DNA of 53,074 bases from an uncultured Clostridia bacterium. GTDB lineage: Bacteria; Bacillota; Clostridia; Christensenellales; UBA1242. This document shows positions 8,964 through 19,334 of this stretch, piece after piece. The translations under genes and the position numbers were made by a program. The stretch lies in assembly GCA_944349535.1 (NCBI GenBank), contig CALVNA010000003.1:1-53074 (forward strand), read 5' to 3'. The notes under the pieces are model-generated. The model did no database searches, was not told the origin of the DNA, and saw only the letters and a program-made list of their open reading frames with translations. Position 1 is the first letter of the stretch; each line of letters starts with the position of its first letter.

Positions 8964-9347
8964 TTATTCTTGTGGTGCTTGAAATTCTGTGATTCCGACA
9001 CGGCGTTTTTTTCTTTCAATTTCAATAAGATTTGAAAGAAGGTCACGAATTTTGTATGGATTTGCAATATGCATAAGATAAAAGTCTGGCATTGCAGAAT
9101 CATTGCTTTCAACTTTGATGGTTCCCGTTCCAAAAATTTTGTCTGCAAGTGAAGCGTGCAGCGTCAAGTCAAAGCATCTGTAAATGTTGACTTCATCAAT
9201 CACAGACGAAAGCAAACCTTTATGTCTGAAAAGTTTCACCCATTCGTTATCTTTTTTTACGATGTAATATCGTGTGAATGACAGCGGCATGCCCATAAAA
9301 CGCTTTCTATCATGCCATACAACTTCGCAATCTTTATCAAATTTCAT
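8964..9347 (-). CDS. Bacterial PH-domain protein (bPH_2-like)
   Basis: WHDRKR..GMPLSFTRY...GLLS..IDEVNIYR..DL..SLADKIFGTGTI pattern. Confidence 0.8.
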   Translation of the reverse strand: MKFDKDCEVVWHDRKRFMGMPLSFTRYYIVKKDNEWVKLFRHKGLLSSVIDEVNIYRCFDLTLHASLADKIFGTGTIKVESNDSAMPDFYLMHIANPYKIRDLLSNLIEIERKKRRVGITEFQAPQE

Positions 9348-9498
9348 ATCGCACCTCTTGAAAACTTAATCTGGTTTCATCTTACTATATTTTGCTGCAA
9401 ATGTAAAGCGTTTTATAAAAAATCATCCAATAATATCTTAAAATTGACTTTTTATTGCAAAAAAGCGAGCATAGAGCCCGCCTTTTTTAGCTTAAAAA

Positions 9499-9708
9499 TT
9501 ATTTGCCGCAATTTCCACAGCTGTTGCAGCCACCGCACAAAAGCAAAAGAATCACAAGTGTGCACGCGTCCATTCCGCAGCCGCTATTGTTGTTGCAGCC
9601 ACAGCCGCAAAGACTTTGCAAAATGATTATCCAAAGGATAAGTGAGCATGGATCGCAGCAACTGTTGCAGCCGCCAAATCCACCTTGGCATCCATTAAAG
9701 AAATTCAT
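9499..9708 (-). CDS. Small Cys/Gly-rich membrane protein (clostridial 'chorion class high-cysteine'-like), probably spore-associated
   Basis: GGAGG RBS; two Cys-rich segments each followed by a hydrophobic helix; sigma-K-like promoter upstream; hairpin at 9460-9488 downstream. Confidence 0.75.
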   Translation of the reverse strand: MNFFNGCQGGFGGCNSCCDPCSLILWIIILQSLCGCGCNNNSGCGMDACTLVILLLLCGGCNSCGNCGK

Positions 9709-9761
9709 TTGTTCCTCCTATATTTCTTATGTAAGTTGAAAGGTTTTGCTTTCACATTAAC

Positions 9762-9789
9762 ATACTACGCAAGGAAAATAAAAAATGTG
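9762..9789 (-). promoter_or_regulatory. sigma-K-like promoter of the Cys-rich gene
   Basis: Minus strand CACA-N16-CGTAGTAT versus the mACm-N16-CATAnnnT consensus. Confidence 0.5.
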
Positions 9790-9975
9790 CCACATCCTGA
9801 AATAAAAAAACAAAAGCTGCCCACTTTCGTCAAACTAAGTCATTTTTTGACAGTATAGAAAACAGTTCTATCCACAAAATATTTTTGTAATATTTGCAGC
9901 AATTTTGTTGACTTAGCAGGTAAAATATTATAAAATAGCATTGTTATAAAATTTATACTATAAAAGGATTTTGCA

Positions 9976-12900
9976 ATGAATAGAAAAAGCTTAAAACAGA
10001 AAAATATTTTTAAGAGTGCAGCATTTGGTGCAGCTCTTGTTTTATGTGGATCTTTTGTCCCTGTTGGTGCCATTCAGACTTTGGCTGCCGACTGGAACCA
10101 AAGCTCCAATCCTAGCAAAACTGATGGACAGATTGCTCAAAACACAAACCGAATTGAAGTTGATGCAAGCGGCGTTGAAACAACGGTTGCAAAGGGCGGA
10201 AAATTCACCATTCCAGCAGGACTTTACTATGGCGGCTCAACAACTGCTCATCTTATTGGAACTACTTCTTCAGAAGGCATCACTTCATCAAAAGTTGTTG
10301 CTCGCTATTCTAGCGGTGCAGTGGTTTATGATTCTTCCACGCAAGAAGGTGGCTTCCAGACAGGTGTGCAATTTGATGCAGACAGAGTTGGCAGATATGA
10401 AATTGAATATAGCGTGACTGATGGCGGCGTAACTTACACATACACACTTGAGCTTAATTGTGTTGTTGAAGATGTTACTTTCACTTTTGACACAAATGAC
10501 AAAAACATTGTGCCTTCAGTTTATGACCTTTCTTTGAGTGAAGCAAATGGATCTTACAAAGATATTGTTTTGCCTATTCCAACAATCACTGATGAAAAAG
10601 GCAACGAAATTCTTGATATTCCAGTGCATATTGACGGTGAAGAGCCAACTGAAGACGAATATATGACAATCACTCTTGATCAAGGCTATTCTGATGATGT
10701 CAAAGTCGCAAGGACTTCCGATGGCAAATATTACATCGACGGCGATTCTTTGAGCGAGGCAAACGGCAGCACTTTCAATATTGTTTACACTTTCTATCAA
10801 AATGGAGCTCCAATTGCTTCAACAACAAAGAGCTTCACGGTTGACGACAGCTACTACACAGATAGCAACAAAAATCCAGGTTATACGCTTACAATTTCAA
10901 AGGCAACTTCTGCGCCATCATCTGCAGTTGTTGGTGTAAAAACCTCTCTGCCATCAATCAATGCAGCAACTTCAGCCAGCGACACACCATCCAGCGAAAG
11001 TGTTACCGTCTCTTATGTTATCAATGTTTATCGCATGGAAAATGGTAACGTAGTTGAAACTATACAGGGGGCTATCGACGAAGATTATAACTTTACGGCT
11101 CCAAAAAATGGTGACTATAGAATTGAATATGTTGCAACAGATTTCTATGGCCATACTGCCACAAACAACTTTACAATCACCAATGTGCGTGATACTCAAT
11201 CTGCAACACCATATATTTACGATGCAGGGGATGAAAACGCAAAAAATGAAGATGGATCATATAAATCTGCGTTAAATTATGTAAAATCTAAAACTGAAAA
11301 TAGAAACATTGTGATTTTTGCAATCGGTGGGCATGATAATGCGGTTGCCGAGGATGAACTTAACCTTTATCGTGAAATCAGAAGCGGAACAAACAGTAAT
11401 GTCATCCTTTACGACATACAAGGATATGATCACTACAACCTTATCTTCAATGCACAAACAAATTCACAAGATAAAAGTGTTTACAGAGCAATCTATGATG
11501 ATAATGCTTACATCCGCAATCAAATGATTCTTGGTGGAGTTGTTGCAACAGATGACGACACAATCAAGAATTGGCTTAAAGAACACAACTATCTTATTGT
11601 AACAGATGGCCAAACTGATCCTATCACAGGAGAAGCGTTTGCATTTGCAGAAGGAGAAGCTCCAACCACTGAAGATGAGTGGAGTGCTTTGGGTTATGCT
11701 TGCATTGAGCCAAGCAGTAATCAAACTTTTGCAGTACAAATTTACTATGTTTACTACTATGCAGACGATAAAGTAAAAAACAACAATGCCGGCATGCTTG
11801 ACTATAGCTTTGAAATTGTTGACAATGCAGATGATTCAGCCGTTCCAACAATCCAATATCCAACTGAGCTTCAAAACTCATATCTTGGCGATGACATCAT
11901 TACTTTGACTGCTCCAACAGCTTCAGATGAAGGTGGCGACTCTTATGTTGATCTTCACACCGCTTACAGATATCTCGATTCAAGCAGACAACCAATCACA
12001 ACAGTTGGCGAAGAGATAAGATATGTGATCAATGAGGCTTCAAAAATAAACATCTCGTCTGACAGATGGTATGTCCAAGCGGACGGGAACAATGTTGTTT
12101 CATCTTCTGGTTGGACTATTCTTGAAGGGGAAGATGAATACGAAATTGATCTTTCAGAAAAACCAGAAGGGGCAGCTTATATCGAATTCTTCTCTTATGC
12201 CATTGATGATCAAGGCAATGTTGCTTTCTATGCACAACAAAGCTATGTTTCAAATATAGAAGACAGCGTTGCACCATTCTTGTATAGCGTCGTTTCAGCT
12301 CCAGAAGTTGATGGTGGATATATAAACGATAAAACAATTGTTTTGCCAACTCTGACTTACAAAGACAACTTGCCTCAATATATGACATCAGCTGTTGTTG
12401 TTTATCGCATTGATAAAAACACCCAAGAGCAATTTGTTGTTCATAGTTCTGGCATGAATTCTATGCCAAACGCTGGGACTGGCGATTATGTTCTTATGGC
12501 AGGCTCGTTCAATCCTTCTGTTGGCGGCACTTACATTGCTGCCGTGACAGTTACCGATGCAGGCAATCACTCAGTTACAACATACTTTACTTACCAAGTT
12601 GAAGAAATTCCAGTTGTGGAAGAGCCTGAAATCACAAATATAGGTCAAGAATCAAAAGAAATTGTTGTTGGACAGCCAGAACGACTCGATCCACCAAAAA
12701 TTTCTGTTTCTGAAAGTGATGAAATTGGCTATATCGGTTTTAATGCTTATTCAAGTGAAAATATTGCTAATGACTATATTATTTCAGTGGTTGAAGCAGA
12801 CAATAATGAATATGTTCTTGATCAAGGGACAGGCTATTTTACAGCCAATGAAAGCGGAACTTACACATTAGAATATACTGCATTTGTTATCAGCTATTCA

Positions 12901-14085
12901 ACAAAGGAGGAGTATTTCTCAACAGTTGAAGGTGGCGAAAACGGCAAACTCTTCTTGACAAAAGACAGCGGGGGACAAGATGTGCTTGCTTACAAAGCAG
13001 ACGGAACTGAAAACCTTGTTGGAGAAGGACAAGCCACTGCAGGCGAAACTTATTTGATCACAAGAACGGAATCAAACGGACAGTATGAACTGTCTGCAAA
13101 AACAAACCCTGCTGGATTCGATGGAAAAGAACTTGATTTGACAAGCTTGCCACAATACAGCAATGATACAAGCGTGGTTAAGCTTCATGTGGTTGAAAGC
13201 AAACCTATCACTTATATTTCTGGTAAAGTTGCAGTAAATCTTTATATGGATGACACTGCATATCCAAAAACGCAATATGGCGACCTTTCAAGCGAAGTTC
13301 TCATTAAAGAGCTTGTTGGAGATGTTGCTGGCGCAGGCAAGAAGGATTTAGAAAATTCAAATGTAAAAATATCTTTTGTTGAAACTGGCGGCACAACAAG
13401 AATTATTGACACAATTTCACTTGCAGATTGGACTGTGTCTGACGATAATGCTTATCTTAGACAGGATGGAAGAAATATTTACCTGAAACTTAATAGAAAT
13501 GGTCGATACACTATCACTTACACTCTCAAAGCAGTTAATCATATGGGAATGTCTGTTGGCAGTGAGCAAACTAAATCTTATACTCTTTCTGTTGGCGACG
13601 TGAGGGCTCCTGAACTTGATATTGACAACACAAACAATCAGTTTATTGCAGCAAGATATAATGTTGGCGACACTGTTGACATCAGAATTGCTGATGAATC
13701 ACTTGTTACTGTCAGTGATCCAGGTGGCTCAAGCAGAGATGAACTTCTTAAAAATCTTACAATCACTGTGAGAAACACAAGCACAAACTCTTCAGCTGTC
13801 ACCTTGAGCAATCAATCAGATGTTGAAGGGCAATATGCTTATTCTTATACAATTAAAGAAGAAGGCACTTATCAGATCTCAATTTCAGTGCGTGACGCAG
13901 CAGGCAACACAAGCCAAACAAGCAACTTCACTTTCACAGTTGGCGGCGAATCAACTGACCCTGTCAATGTTACAGAAGTTGTTGGTAAAGTTTTGATCGG
14001 AGTTGCAGCTGTTATTCTTGCTGGTGTTGTGGTTTACTTCATCGTTTCAAAAGTTAAAGAAAGCAAAGGCAAAAAAACTAAATAA
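9976..14085 (+). CDS. Large secreted surface protein with Ig-like beta domains and C-terminal transmembrane anchor
   Basis: Signal peptide (..GAIQTLAA); repeated GxYxIxYxxxDxxGN Ig-like motifs; C-terminal VLIGVAAVILAGVVVYFIV followed by Lys tail; TTGACT-N17-TAAAAT at 9908-9936. Confidence 0.85.
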   Translation: MNRKSLKQKNIFKSAAFGAALVLCGSFVPVGAIQTLAADWNQSSNPSKTDGQIAQNTNRIEVDASGVETTVAKGGKFTIPAGLYYGGSTTAHLIGTTSSEGITSSKVVARYSSGAVVYDSSTQEGGFQTGVQFDADRVGRYEIEYSVTDGGVTYTYTLELNCVVEDVTFTFDTNDKNIVPSVYDLSLSEANGSYKDIVLPIPTITDEKGNEILDIPVHIDGEEPTEDEYMTITLDQGYSDDVKVARTSDGKYYIDGDSLSEANGSTFNIVYTFYQNGAPIASTTKSFTVDDSYYTDSNKNPGYTLTISKATSAPSSAVVGVKTSLPSINAATSASDTPSSESVTVSYVINVYRMENGNVVETIQGAIDEDYNFTAPKNGDYRIEYVATDFYGHTATNNFTITNVRDTQSATPYIYDAGDENAKNEDGSYKSALNYVKSKTENRNIVIFAIGGHDNAVAEDELNLYREIRSGTNSNVILYDIQGYDHYNLIFNAQTNSQDKSVYRAIYDDNAYIRNQMILGGVVATDDDTIKNWLKEHNYLIVTDGQTDPITGEAFAFAEGEAPTTEDEWSALGYACIEPSSNQTFAVQIYYVYYYADDKVKNNNAGMLDYSFEIVDNADDSAVPTIQYPTELQNSYLGDDIITLTAPTASDEGGDSYVDLHTAYRYLDSSRQPITTVGEEIRYVINEASKINISSDRWYVQADGNNVVSSSGWTILEGEDEYEIDLSEKPEGAAYIEFFSYAIDDQGNVAFYAQQSYVSNIEDSVAPFLYSVVSAPEVDGGYINDKTIVLPTLTYKDNLPQYMTSAVVVYRIDKNTQEQFVVHSSGMNSMPNAGTGDYVLMAGSFNPSVGGTYIAAVTVTDAGNHSVTTYFTYQVEEIPVVEEPEITNIGQESKEIVVGQPERLDPPKISVSESDEIGYIGFNAYSSENIANDYIISVVEADNNEYVLDQGTGYFTANESGTYTLEYTAFVISYSTKEEYFSTVEGGENGKLFLTKDSGGQDVLAYKADGTENLVGEGQATAGETYLITRTESNGQYELSAKTNPAGFDGKELDLTSLPQYSNDTSVVKLHVVESKPITYISGKVAVNLYMDDTAYPKTQYGDLSSEVLIKELVGDVAGAGKKDLENSNVKISFVETGGTTRIIDTISLADWTVSDDNAYLRQDGRNIYLKLNRNGRYTITYTLKAVNHMGMSVGSEQTKSYTLSVGDVRAPELDIDNTNNQFIAARYNVGDTVDIRIADESLVTVSDPGGSSRDELLKNLTITVRNTSTNSSAVTLSNQSDVEGQYAYSYTIKEEGTYQISISVRDAAGNTSQTSNFTFTVGGESTDPVNVTEVVGKVLIGVAAVILAGVVVYFIVSKVKESKGKKTK

Positions 14086-14090
14086 AACAA

Positions 14091-14120
14091 AAAAAGCTTG
14101 CTAAAAAGCGAGCTTTTTTG
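14091..14120 (+). terminator. Intrinsic terminator
   Basis: aaaaagcttgct-aaaa-agcgagctttttt. Confidence 0.75.
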
Positions 14121-14217
14121 TTTTGAATAAAATGAGAATGAATTTGTTTAATTTTTGGTGTCACAGCAGTGTTTGACAAAACCGTAAACAAAAATTTTTA
14201 GAAAAATCGCTTTTCTC

Positions 14218-14246
14218 TTGACTTTTATGTTAGATTATGGTATATT
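14218..14246 (+). promoter_or_regulatory. sigma-A promoter of rplU operon
   Basis: TTGACT-N17-TATATT with extended TG. Confidence 0.75.
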
Positions 14247-14252
14247 GAAACA

Positions 14253-14312
14253 GTATCCGCTTGTGCAGGGTCTCTAAGTCCGTTTTGGCACCCGTTAAAC
14301 AGCGAGTTTGGT
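14253..14312 (+). ncRNA. Probable ribosomal protein L21 leader
   Basis: GC-richer structured 5' UTR (cgct...gggt...accc...agcg) between the promoter and the rplU RBS, where the Bacillota L21 leader is expected. Confidence 0.6.
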
Positions 14313-14328
14313 TAGAGGAGGTATAAAT

Positions 14329-14637
14329 ATGTTTGCTATTGTTCAGACTGGTGGAAAACAATACAAAGTTTGTGAAGGCGACATCATTTCTGTTGAAAAA
14401 CTTGACAAAAATGTTGGCGAAAAATTGACTTTGGATGTTCTTCTTGTTTCTGACAACGGAAATGTTGTTGCAGGATCACCATCAGTGAAAGGCGCTGTTT
14501 GTGAAGCCGAAGTTATTTCTCATGGCAAAGGCGATAAAATTGTTGTTTTCAAATATAAGCCTAAGAAAAATGAGAGAAAAAAACAAGGCCATAGACAACC
14601 ATTCACTCAAATTAAAATTTTATCAATCAAAAAGTAA
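14329..14637 (+). CDS. rplU: 50S ribosomal protein L21
   Basis: [14 protein letters not shown]...KQGHRQPFT; GGAGG RBS. Confidence 0.98.
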   Translation: MFAIVQTGGKQYKVCEGDIISVEKLDKNVGEKLTLDVLLVSDNGNVVAGSPSVKGAVCEAEVISHGKGDKIVVFKYKPKKNERKKQGHRQPFTQIKILSIKK

Positions 14638-14646
14638 GGTGTCGCT

Positions 14647-14970
14647 ATGACAACAATTACTTTTTACAAACAGAATAATCTCTATCTTGGATTTGAAGTG
14701 GCAGGACATACCGGCAAAGATGATTTTGGCAAAGATTTGCTTTGTTGCCAAATTTCAACAGTTGCTCAACTTGCGGTTGTCGGCATTGACGAAATTGAAA
14801 AAAAAGCGTCTTTTCGGCAAATTTGCGATGGTTTTTTGAAAATAATGGTTGAGCCAAAAGATGCTGCAAATGAAAAAATTCAATTTCTTTTGAAAACCTG
14901 CTTCGACAGCCTTAAATCTATTGTGGAAGATGAAAAGAAATTTGCAAAATTGGAGGTAAAAAATGTTTAA
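14647..14970 (+). CDS. prp: Ribosomal-processing cysteine protease Prp (YsxB)
   Basis: GH...G.DL.C motif; located between rplU and rpmA. Confidence 0.9.
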   Translation: MTTITFYKQNNLYLGFEVAGHTGKDDFGKDLLCCQISTVAQLAVVGIDEIEKKASFRQICDGFLKIMVEPKDAANEKIQFLLKTCFDSLKSIVEDEKKFAKLEVKNV

Positions 14971-15238
14971 GTTTAATGCTCAACTTTTTGCTCACAAAAA
15001 GGGTGGTGGTAGCACTAAAAACGGCCGTGATTCTCAAAGCAAACGTCTTGGCGTTAAAGCTTATGGTGGACAAAAAGTAACTGCAGGCAGCATAATCGTA
15101 AGACAAAAAGGCACAAAAGTTTACCCAAGCACCAATGTTGGCATGGGAAAAGACTATACTTTGTTTGCTCTTTGTGATGGCATTGTTAAATTTGGACTTA
15201 GCAATGGCAAAAAAGTTGTTTCTGTTGTTGCAGAATAA
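14963..15238 (+). CDS. rpmA: 50S ribosomal protein L27 with Prp-cleaved N-terminal extension
   Basis: MFKFNAQLF|[15 protein letters not shown]. Confidence 0.98.
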   Translation: MFKFNAQLFAHKKGGGSTKNGRDSQSKRLGVKAYGGQKVTAGSIIVRQKGTKVYPSTNVGMGKDYTLFALCDGIVKFGLSNGKKVVSVVAE

Positions 15239-15291
15239 GTTTTGGCAGGCTTGTCCTGCTTTTTTGTTGTGCAAACACATAAAGGTTGAAT

Positions 15292-16116
15292 ATGTTATAC
15301 AAAAAATTCAAAGACAAAATTGAAGTTTATGATAAGTCGCAATTTGAGCCGCAGCATATTTTGGAGTGCGGTCAAGTTTTTTGCTTTGAAAAAACTGATC
15401 GTGGATATGTTGTTTTTCCTAGTGAAAATTTTGCAGAAATTACAGAAAAAGATGATTGCTATCAAATTTCTACTTCAAATCCCGACTTCTTTGAAACTTA
15501 TTTTGATTTGAAAACAGATTATACTGCAATAAAAGACAGACTGTCCAGCACAAAGATTTTGAAAGAACCTATCAAATTTGGCTACGGCATAAGAATTTTA
15601 AAGCAAGATTTGTTTGAAACCCTTATTTCCTTTATTATTTCAGCTAATAACAATATTGGGCGAATCAAACTGATTTTAGGCAGGCTTCGAAAGCACTTTT
15701 CTTCATCAGTTTTGCCACCTTTTCCAACTTTCAAACAACTTTCATCTTGTTCTGTCGATTTTTTCAAATCGATCGGTTGTGGCTATCGCAGTCAATATCT
15801 TTATAATGTTTTAAGGCAAACCAGTCCGCAACAACTTGAGCAGTGGCAACGCTTAGACACCGATCAATTGCGAAAAAACTTGATTGCACTTTCAGGTGTC
15901 GGACCAAAAGTAGCTGATTGTGTGCTTTTGTTTGGGTATGGCAGAAAGGATGTTTTCCCGGTTGACACATGGATAAATCAAATGTATAACAAATTTTATT
16001 CGCCACTTTCCAGCAGAGAAAAAATACGAAACAACTTGGTTTCACAGTTCGGCAGTTTTTCCGGTTATGCACAACAGTATTTATTCTATTATCAACGCTC
16101 TTTCTTAAAGCAATGA
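15292..16116 (+). CDS. 8-oxoguanine DNA glycosylase (OGG1-like, HhH-GPD)
   Basis: LECGQVF, GIRILKQD, ISANNNI, LSGVGPKVADC, FPVDTW and GYAQQYLF motifs. Confidence 0.93.
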   Translation: MLYKKFKDKIEVYDKSQFEPQHILECGQVFCFEKTDRGYVVFPSENFAEITEKDDCYQISTSNPDFFETYFDLKTDYTAIKDRLSSTKILKEPIKFGYGIRILKQDLFETLISFIISANNNIGRIKLILGRLRKHFSSSVLPPFPTFKQLSSCSVDFFKSIGCGYRSQYLYNVLRQTSPQQLEQWQRLDTDQLRKNLIALSGVGPKVADCVLLFGYGRKDVFPVDTWINQMYNKFYSPLSSREKIRNNLVSQFGSFSGYAQQYLFYYQRSFLKQ

Positions 16117-16224
16117 CATTCAACCATTTTTCATGGTTGATTTTTTTGTTCGTGAATTCAAATTTTGGGTATTTACAACCGGTCTGTAATGTGGTATAAT
16201 TGAAACATAAAAGGAGAGCAAAAG

Positions 16225-17262
16225 ATGAATTTTTCAATGCTAGCTGCTTTTGGTGCAGTTGAGATTACTTTTACAATTATCGGAGTGATTGCTTTGATTG
16301 CTTTAATCTTGTTTTTTATTATCGTGCCAGTCAAAGCATACTTTACCGCGTTGATATCAAAAGCCCATATTTCAATGGCAAAACTTACATCACTAAAAAA
16401 CTGCAAAGTTGATCCAATGCTGCTTGTTGAAGCAAATATTTTGGCAAAAAGACTGGGTGTTGAAATAAAAATCAACGAAATAGAGTCTGTTTTGCTTGCT
16501 GGAGGAAATGTCAAAGATATGTTGCAGGCAATGAAACTTGCCAAAGATGCTTCTATTTCTTGTCCATTCTCGCTTGCATCGGCACTTGAGCTCAAAACAA
16601 AAAAATCTCTTGAAATTGTTAAAAGTGCAGTTGAAAGCATAAGTGAAAATATCACTCAGATCAAAGCAATCACAAAAGACAACATTGAGCTTGTGATCGA
16701 GATAAACCTTACATTGAAAATCCAATTGCCAAAATATCTTTATGGTCTTTCAGTTGACAAAATTAAAGCATATGTGACAGAGCACGCAATCAAACATATT
16801 CCGCTTTATGACAAAGAACAAATTGTGACAAATCCACAGATCGTGCTGGAAGGAATTGATATGGCTGAGGCGGCTGCAAACACAGCTTATCAGTTGCATG
16901 AATGCCGCGTTTCAAACATTTCGATCAGTCGAAATATCGCAATGGAGATGGATGTAAAAAGGGCAGAGAAAGAAAGAGTGTATGCACAAATGCAAGCAGA
17001 TAGAATGAAGAATGCAGAAGAGATAAAAGAAATTCAATCTCGCACCAAAACCGAACAGACAAAAGCAAGCCTTTTGGAAGCAGAATCTCAAGTGCCACTT
17101 GCAATATCACAAGCAATCAAAGAAGGCAGGTTCTCTGTTATGGATTACTACAAATTGATGAATTTGCAAGCAGACACAGCGCTAAGGCGGAGCATTGTTT
17201 CTGGCAAAGATGATAGTTCTGATGGCTCTGCAGATGATGATATTTTTGGAGATGATGAATAA
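16225..17262 (+). CDS. floA: Flotillin-like protein FloA (YqfA/UPF0365), divergent
   Basis: N-terminal TM; LAGGNV; C-terminal AESQVPLAISQAIKEG..SVMDYYKLMNLQADT.LR.SI; TTTACA-N17-TATAAT at 16172-16200. Confidence 0.85.
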   Translation: MNFSMLAAFGAVEITFTIIGVIALIALILFFIIVPVKAYFTALISKAHISMAKLTSLKNCKVDPMLLVEANILAKRLGVEIKINEIESVLLAGGNVKDMLQAMKLAKDASISCPFSLASALELKTKKSLEIVKSAVESISENITQIKAITKDNIELVIEINLTLKIQLPKYLYGLSVDKIKAYVTEHAIKHIPLYDKEQIVTNPQIVLEGIDMAEAAANTAYQLHECRVSNISISRNIAMEMDVKRAEKERVYAQMQADRMKNAEEIKEIQSRTKTEQTKASLLEAESQVPLAISQAIKEGRFSVMDYYKLMNLQADTALRRSIVSGKDDSSDGSADDDIFGDDE

Positions 17263-17834
17263 TGGGAAATATGACGGCAATCATTGTTGTTTGTTCAGTC
17301 TGTGGGGCATTGATCTTGGTTTTGTTGTTTGCTTACAGAAAGATGTCAAAAAAAAGTTCAACCAGCAAACTTGACGAAGAAATCAATAAATACAAAAGGA
17401 TCAACGAAGGTTCTTATTTTGAAAATGCGAATGTTTCAACTGAGCAGAAAAACAAAAAACAACTAAAAAAGGGAAAAAAAGAGCAAAAAGCAGCTAAAAA
17501 AGCACAAAAACTTCAACAAAAGGTTTCAAATTCTGTCAATATTGACGATTTGGAAGACAAAGCTGAAGAATATGATCAAAATCAGGAAAGTTTTACGACA
17601 AAGAGAGATGAGAGTAATTTAAAGAATGTTGACGAGAAATATAATCCTTTTGAAGAACAAGAGAAGATCACTTCACAAAAAAAATATACTCGAGATGATT
17701 TTGACGATTTTATGAATGAATATTCATATTCTCGTGCAGCAGTAAACAAAAATCTTTTAAAACAAATGGAAAAATTGCCGCCAAAAGTTAAGGCGTTGGT
17801 GCTTGGCAACATATTCAACAGATTTGATGATTAA
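17262..17834 (+). CDS. Hypothetical single-TM protein in the yqfB position
   Basis: N-terminal hydrophobic helix and charged body; coupled to floA; terminator at 17833-17861. Confidence 0.75.
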   Translation: MGNMTAIIVVCSVCGALILVLLFAYRKMSKKSSTSKLDEEINKYKRINEGSYFENANVSTEQKNKKQLKKGKKEQKAAKKAQKLQQKVSNSVNIDDLEDKAEEYDQNQESFTTKRDESNLKNVDEKYNPFEEQEKITSQKKYTRDDFDDFMNEYSYSRAAVNKNLLKQMEKLPPKVKALVLGNIFNRFDD

Positions 17835-17874
17835 GATGCACTTCTTGTTGCATCTTTTTTTATCTTACCTTGAA

Positions 17875-17903
17875 TAATATTCTAGAAGTAAAACACATAT
17901 ATT
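17875..17903 (+). promoter_or_regulatory. sigma-E-type sporulation promoter of yqfC-yqfD
   Basis: TAATATT-N14-CATATATT; yqfCD is sigma-E dependent in B. subtilis. Confidence 0.7.
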
Positions 17904-17922
17904 TAATTTAAATGGGAGAAAT

Positions 17923-18186
17923 ATGTTTAATTTTTACGAAGAAATTAAAAGCCAATTAAAGAAAGCCCAACAAAACCTTTTAGCTTCTTACACCATGGTC
18001 AATCTTTCTGGAGCAATTTTGTATGTTGAAGGCCATCTTGGACTTACTGTGCTTTCGCCATCCTTGATTGCTTTTAAAATAAAAAAGGGAAGAGTTGAAG
18101 TGGAAGGTGAAGGACTTTTCTTAAGCGAACTGAGTCTGAATACTCTTAAAATAGAAGGCAAGATAAAAAGGGTGGAAGAATTTTGA
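17923..18186 (+). CDS. yqfC: YabP/YqfC-family sporulation protein
   Basis: LYVEGHLGL...VEVEGEGL.LSEL...LKIEGKI; directly before yqfD. Confidence 0.85.
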   Translation: MFNFYEEIKSQLKKAQQNLLASYTMVNLSGAILYVEGHLGLTVLSPSLIAFKIKKGRVEVEGEGLFLSELSLNTLKIEGKIKRVEEF

Positions 18187-19334
18187 TGAAAAGATATAAC
18201 CGCTCTCATTTTAAAATAAAGTCATTAAATCAGGAAAAACTGTTCAATAAAATTTGCAAACAGTTTGAACTTTATAATATCAAACAACAGGAAAATTTTG
18301 TTCAATTTGAAGTTGACGAAACTGACGCCGACAAAGTGGAAAAATACTTGCTTGAAAGCAATACCACAATTGAACAAGTCAAGCATAATGGATGGAAAAG
18401 AAAATGCAAAAATTTTTTTAAAAAATGGGGTATCATTGCAGGAATTTTGTGCGGCATAATTTTTTATTGCTTGCAATATTCTTTTGTTTTCAGAATTGAT
18501 GTTTGGGGTTGTCAAAACATTGGGCAGCAAGAGATTGTCAAATTTGTAAATGATCAACTTATTTCGAATTTTAAGCCCAACATTGACACTGAGAAATTGG
18601 AGCTTGAGCTCAAAGATAATTTTGAGCAGATCAGCTCGGTCAGCGTTGCTATCATTGGGCAAAGTTTGGTTGTCAACATCCATGAAGCCGTTTTGCCAGA
18701 AGAAATGCAAGGCAGTTTTCAGCCCATAGTCAGCGATTATGACGGGATGATAACTCACATCAATTTGATTCAAGGCACACCGAATGTCAAGGTTGGTGAT
18801 ATTGTTCAAAAAGGTGATGTTTTGGTTTATCCTTATGTTGCTGACGGAGAAGGTCAAGTTATGCCAGTTTTGCCAAGAGCAGAAATCAAAGCGGATGTTT
18901 GGCTGAGTGAAAATGAAGTATTTTATGAGTATCAAATCAAACAAGAGCGAACTGGAAGAAAAATAGAATGCGGAACAATCACTCTTTTTGGTCTTGAAAT
19001 TTATTCCAATCTCAGCGACAACACATTTGAAAATTATGAGAGTGAAAAAACAAGTTTTTATTTGACTCAAAACAATATTTTGCCTTTCATTTACAGCAAA
19101 ATCACATTTTATGAGACAAAAACCATTGAGATAATTCGAAATTTCGAGGAAGAAAAAGTTGAACTTTTTGAAAAACTTCGTCAAAAAGTCTTGATTTCTG
19201 TCGCCGAAAATGAGATAATAAAAGATGAAATGGTGTCGGTGAAACAAGGTGGAGGTGTTTATTACATCAACCTTATTTTAACCGTTGAAAAAGACATAGG
19301 AGAAGGTTATGGTTATATCTTTCCACAAAGCTAA
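18186..19334 (+). CDS. yqfD: Sporulation protein YqfD
   Basis: TM followed by IDVWG POTRA-like region; IVSDYDGMI...GTPNVKVGDIVQKGDVLV motif. Confidence 0.9.
   Translation: MKRYNRSHFKIKSLNQEKLFNKICKQFELYNIKQQENFVQFEVDETDADKVEKYLLESNTTIEQVKHNGWKRKCKNFFKKWGIIAGILCGIIFYCLQYSFVFRIDVWGCQNIGQQEIVKFVNDQLISNFKPNIDTEKLELELKDNFEQISSVSVAIIGQSLVVNIHEAVLPEEMQGSFQPIVSDYDGMITHINLIQGTPNVKVGDIVQKGDVLVYPYVADGEGQVMPVLPRAEIKADVWLSENEVFYEYQIKQERTGRKIECGTITLFGLEIYSNLSDNTFENYESEKTSFYLTQNNILPFIYSKITFYETKTIEIIRNFEEEKVELFEKLRQKVLISVAENEIIKDEMVSVKQGGGVYYINLILTVEKDIGEGYGYIFPQS

Noticed and set aside
9868-9876. DnaA-box-like CTATCCACA
   Set aside because: A single imperfect box with no cluster and no dnaA/oriC context.
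18225-19247. 340-aa antisense ORF (and similar shadows opposite fusA, tuf, the WG genes and the ABC ATPase)
   Set aside because: Each lies fully antisense to a well-supported gene, has F/L/I-rich shadow composition and lacks recognisable motifs.
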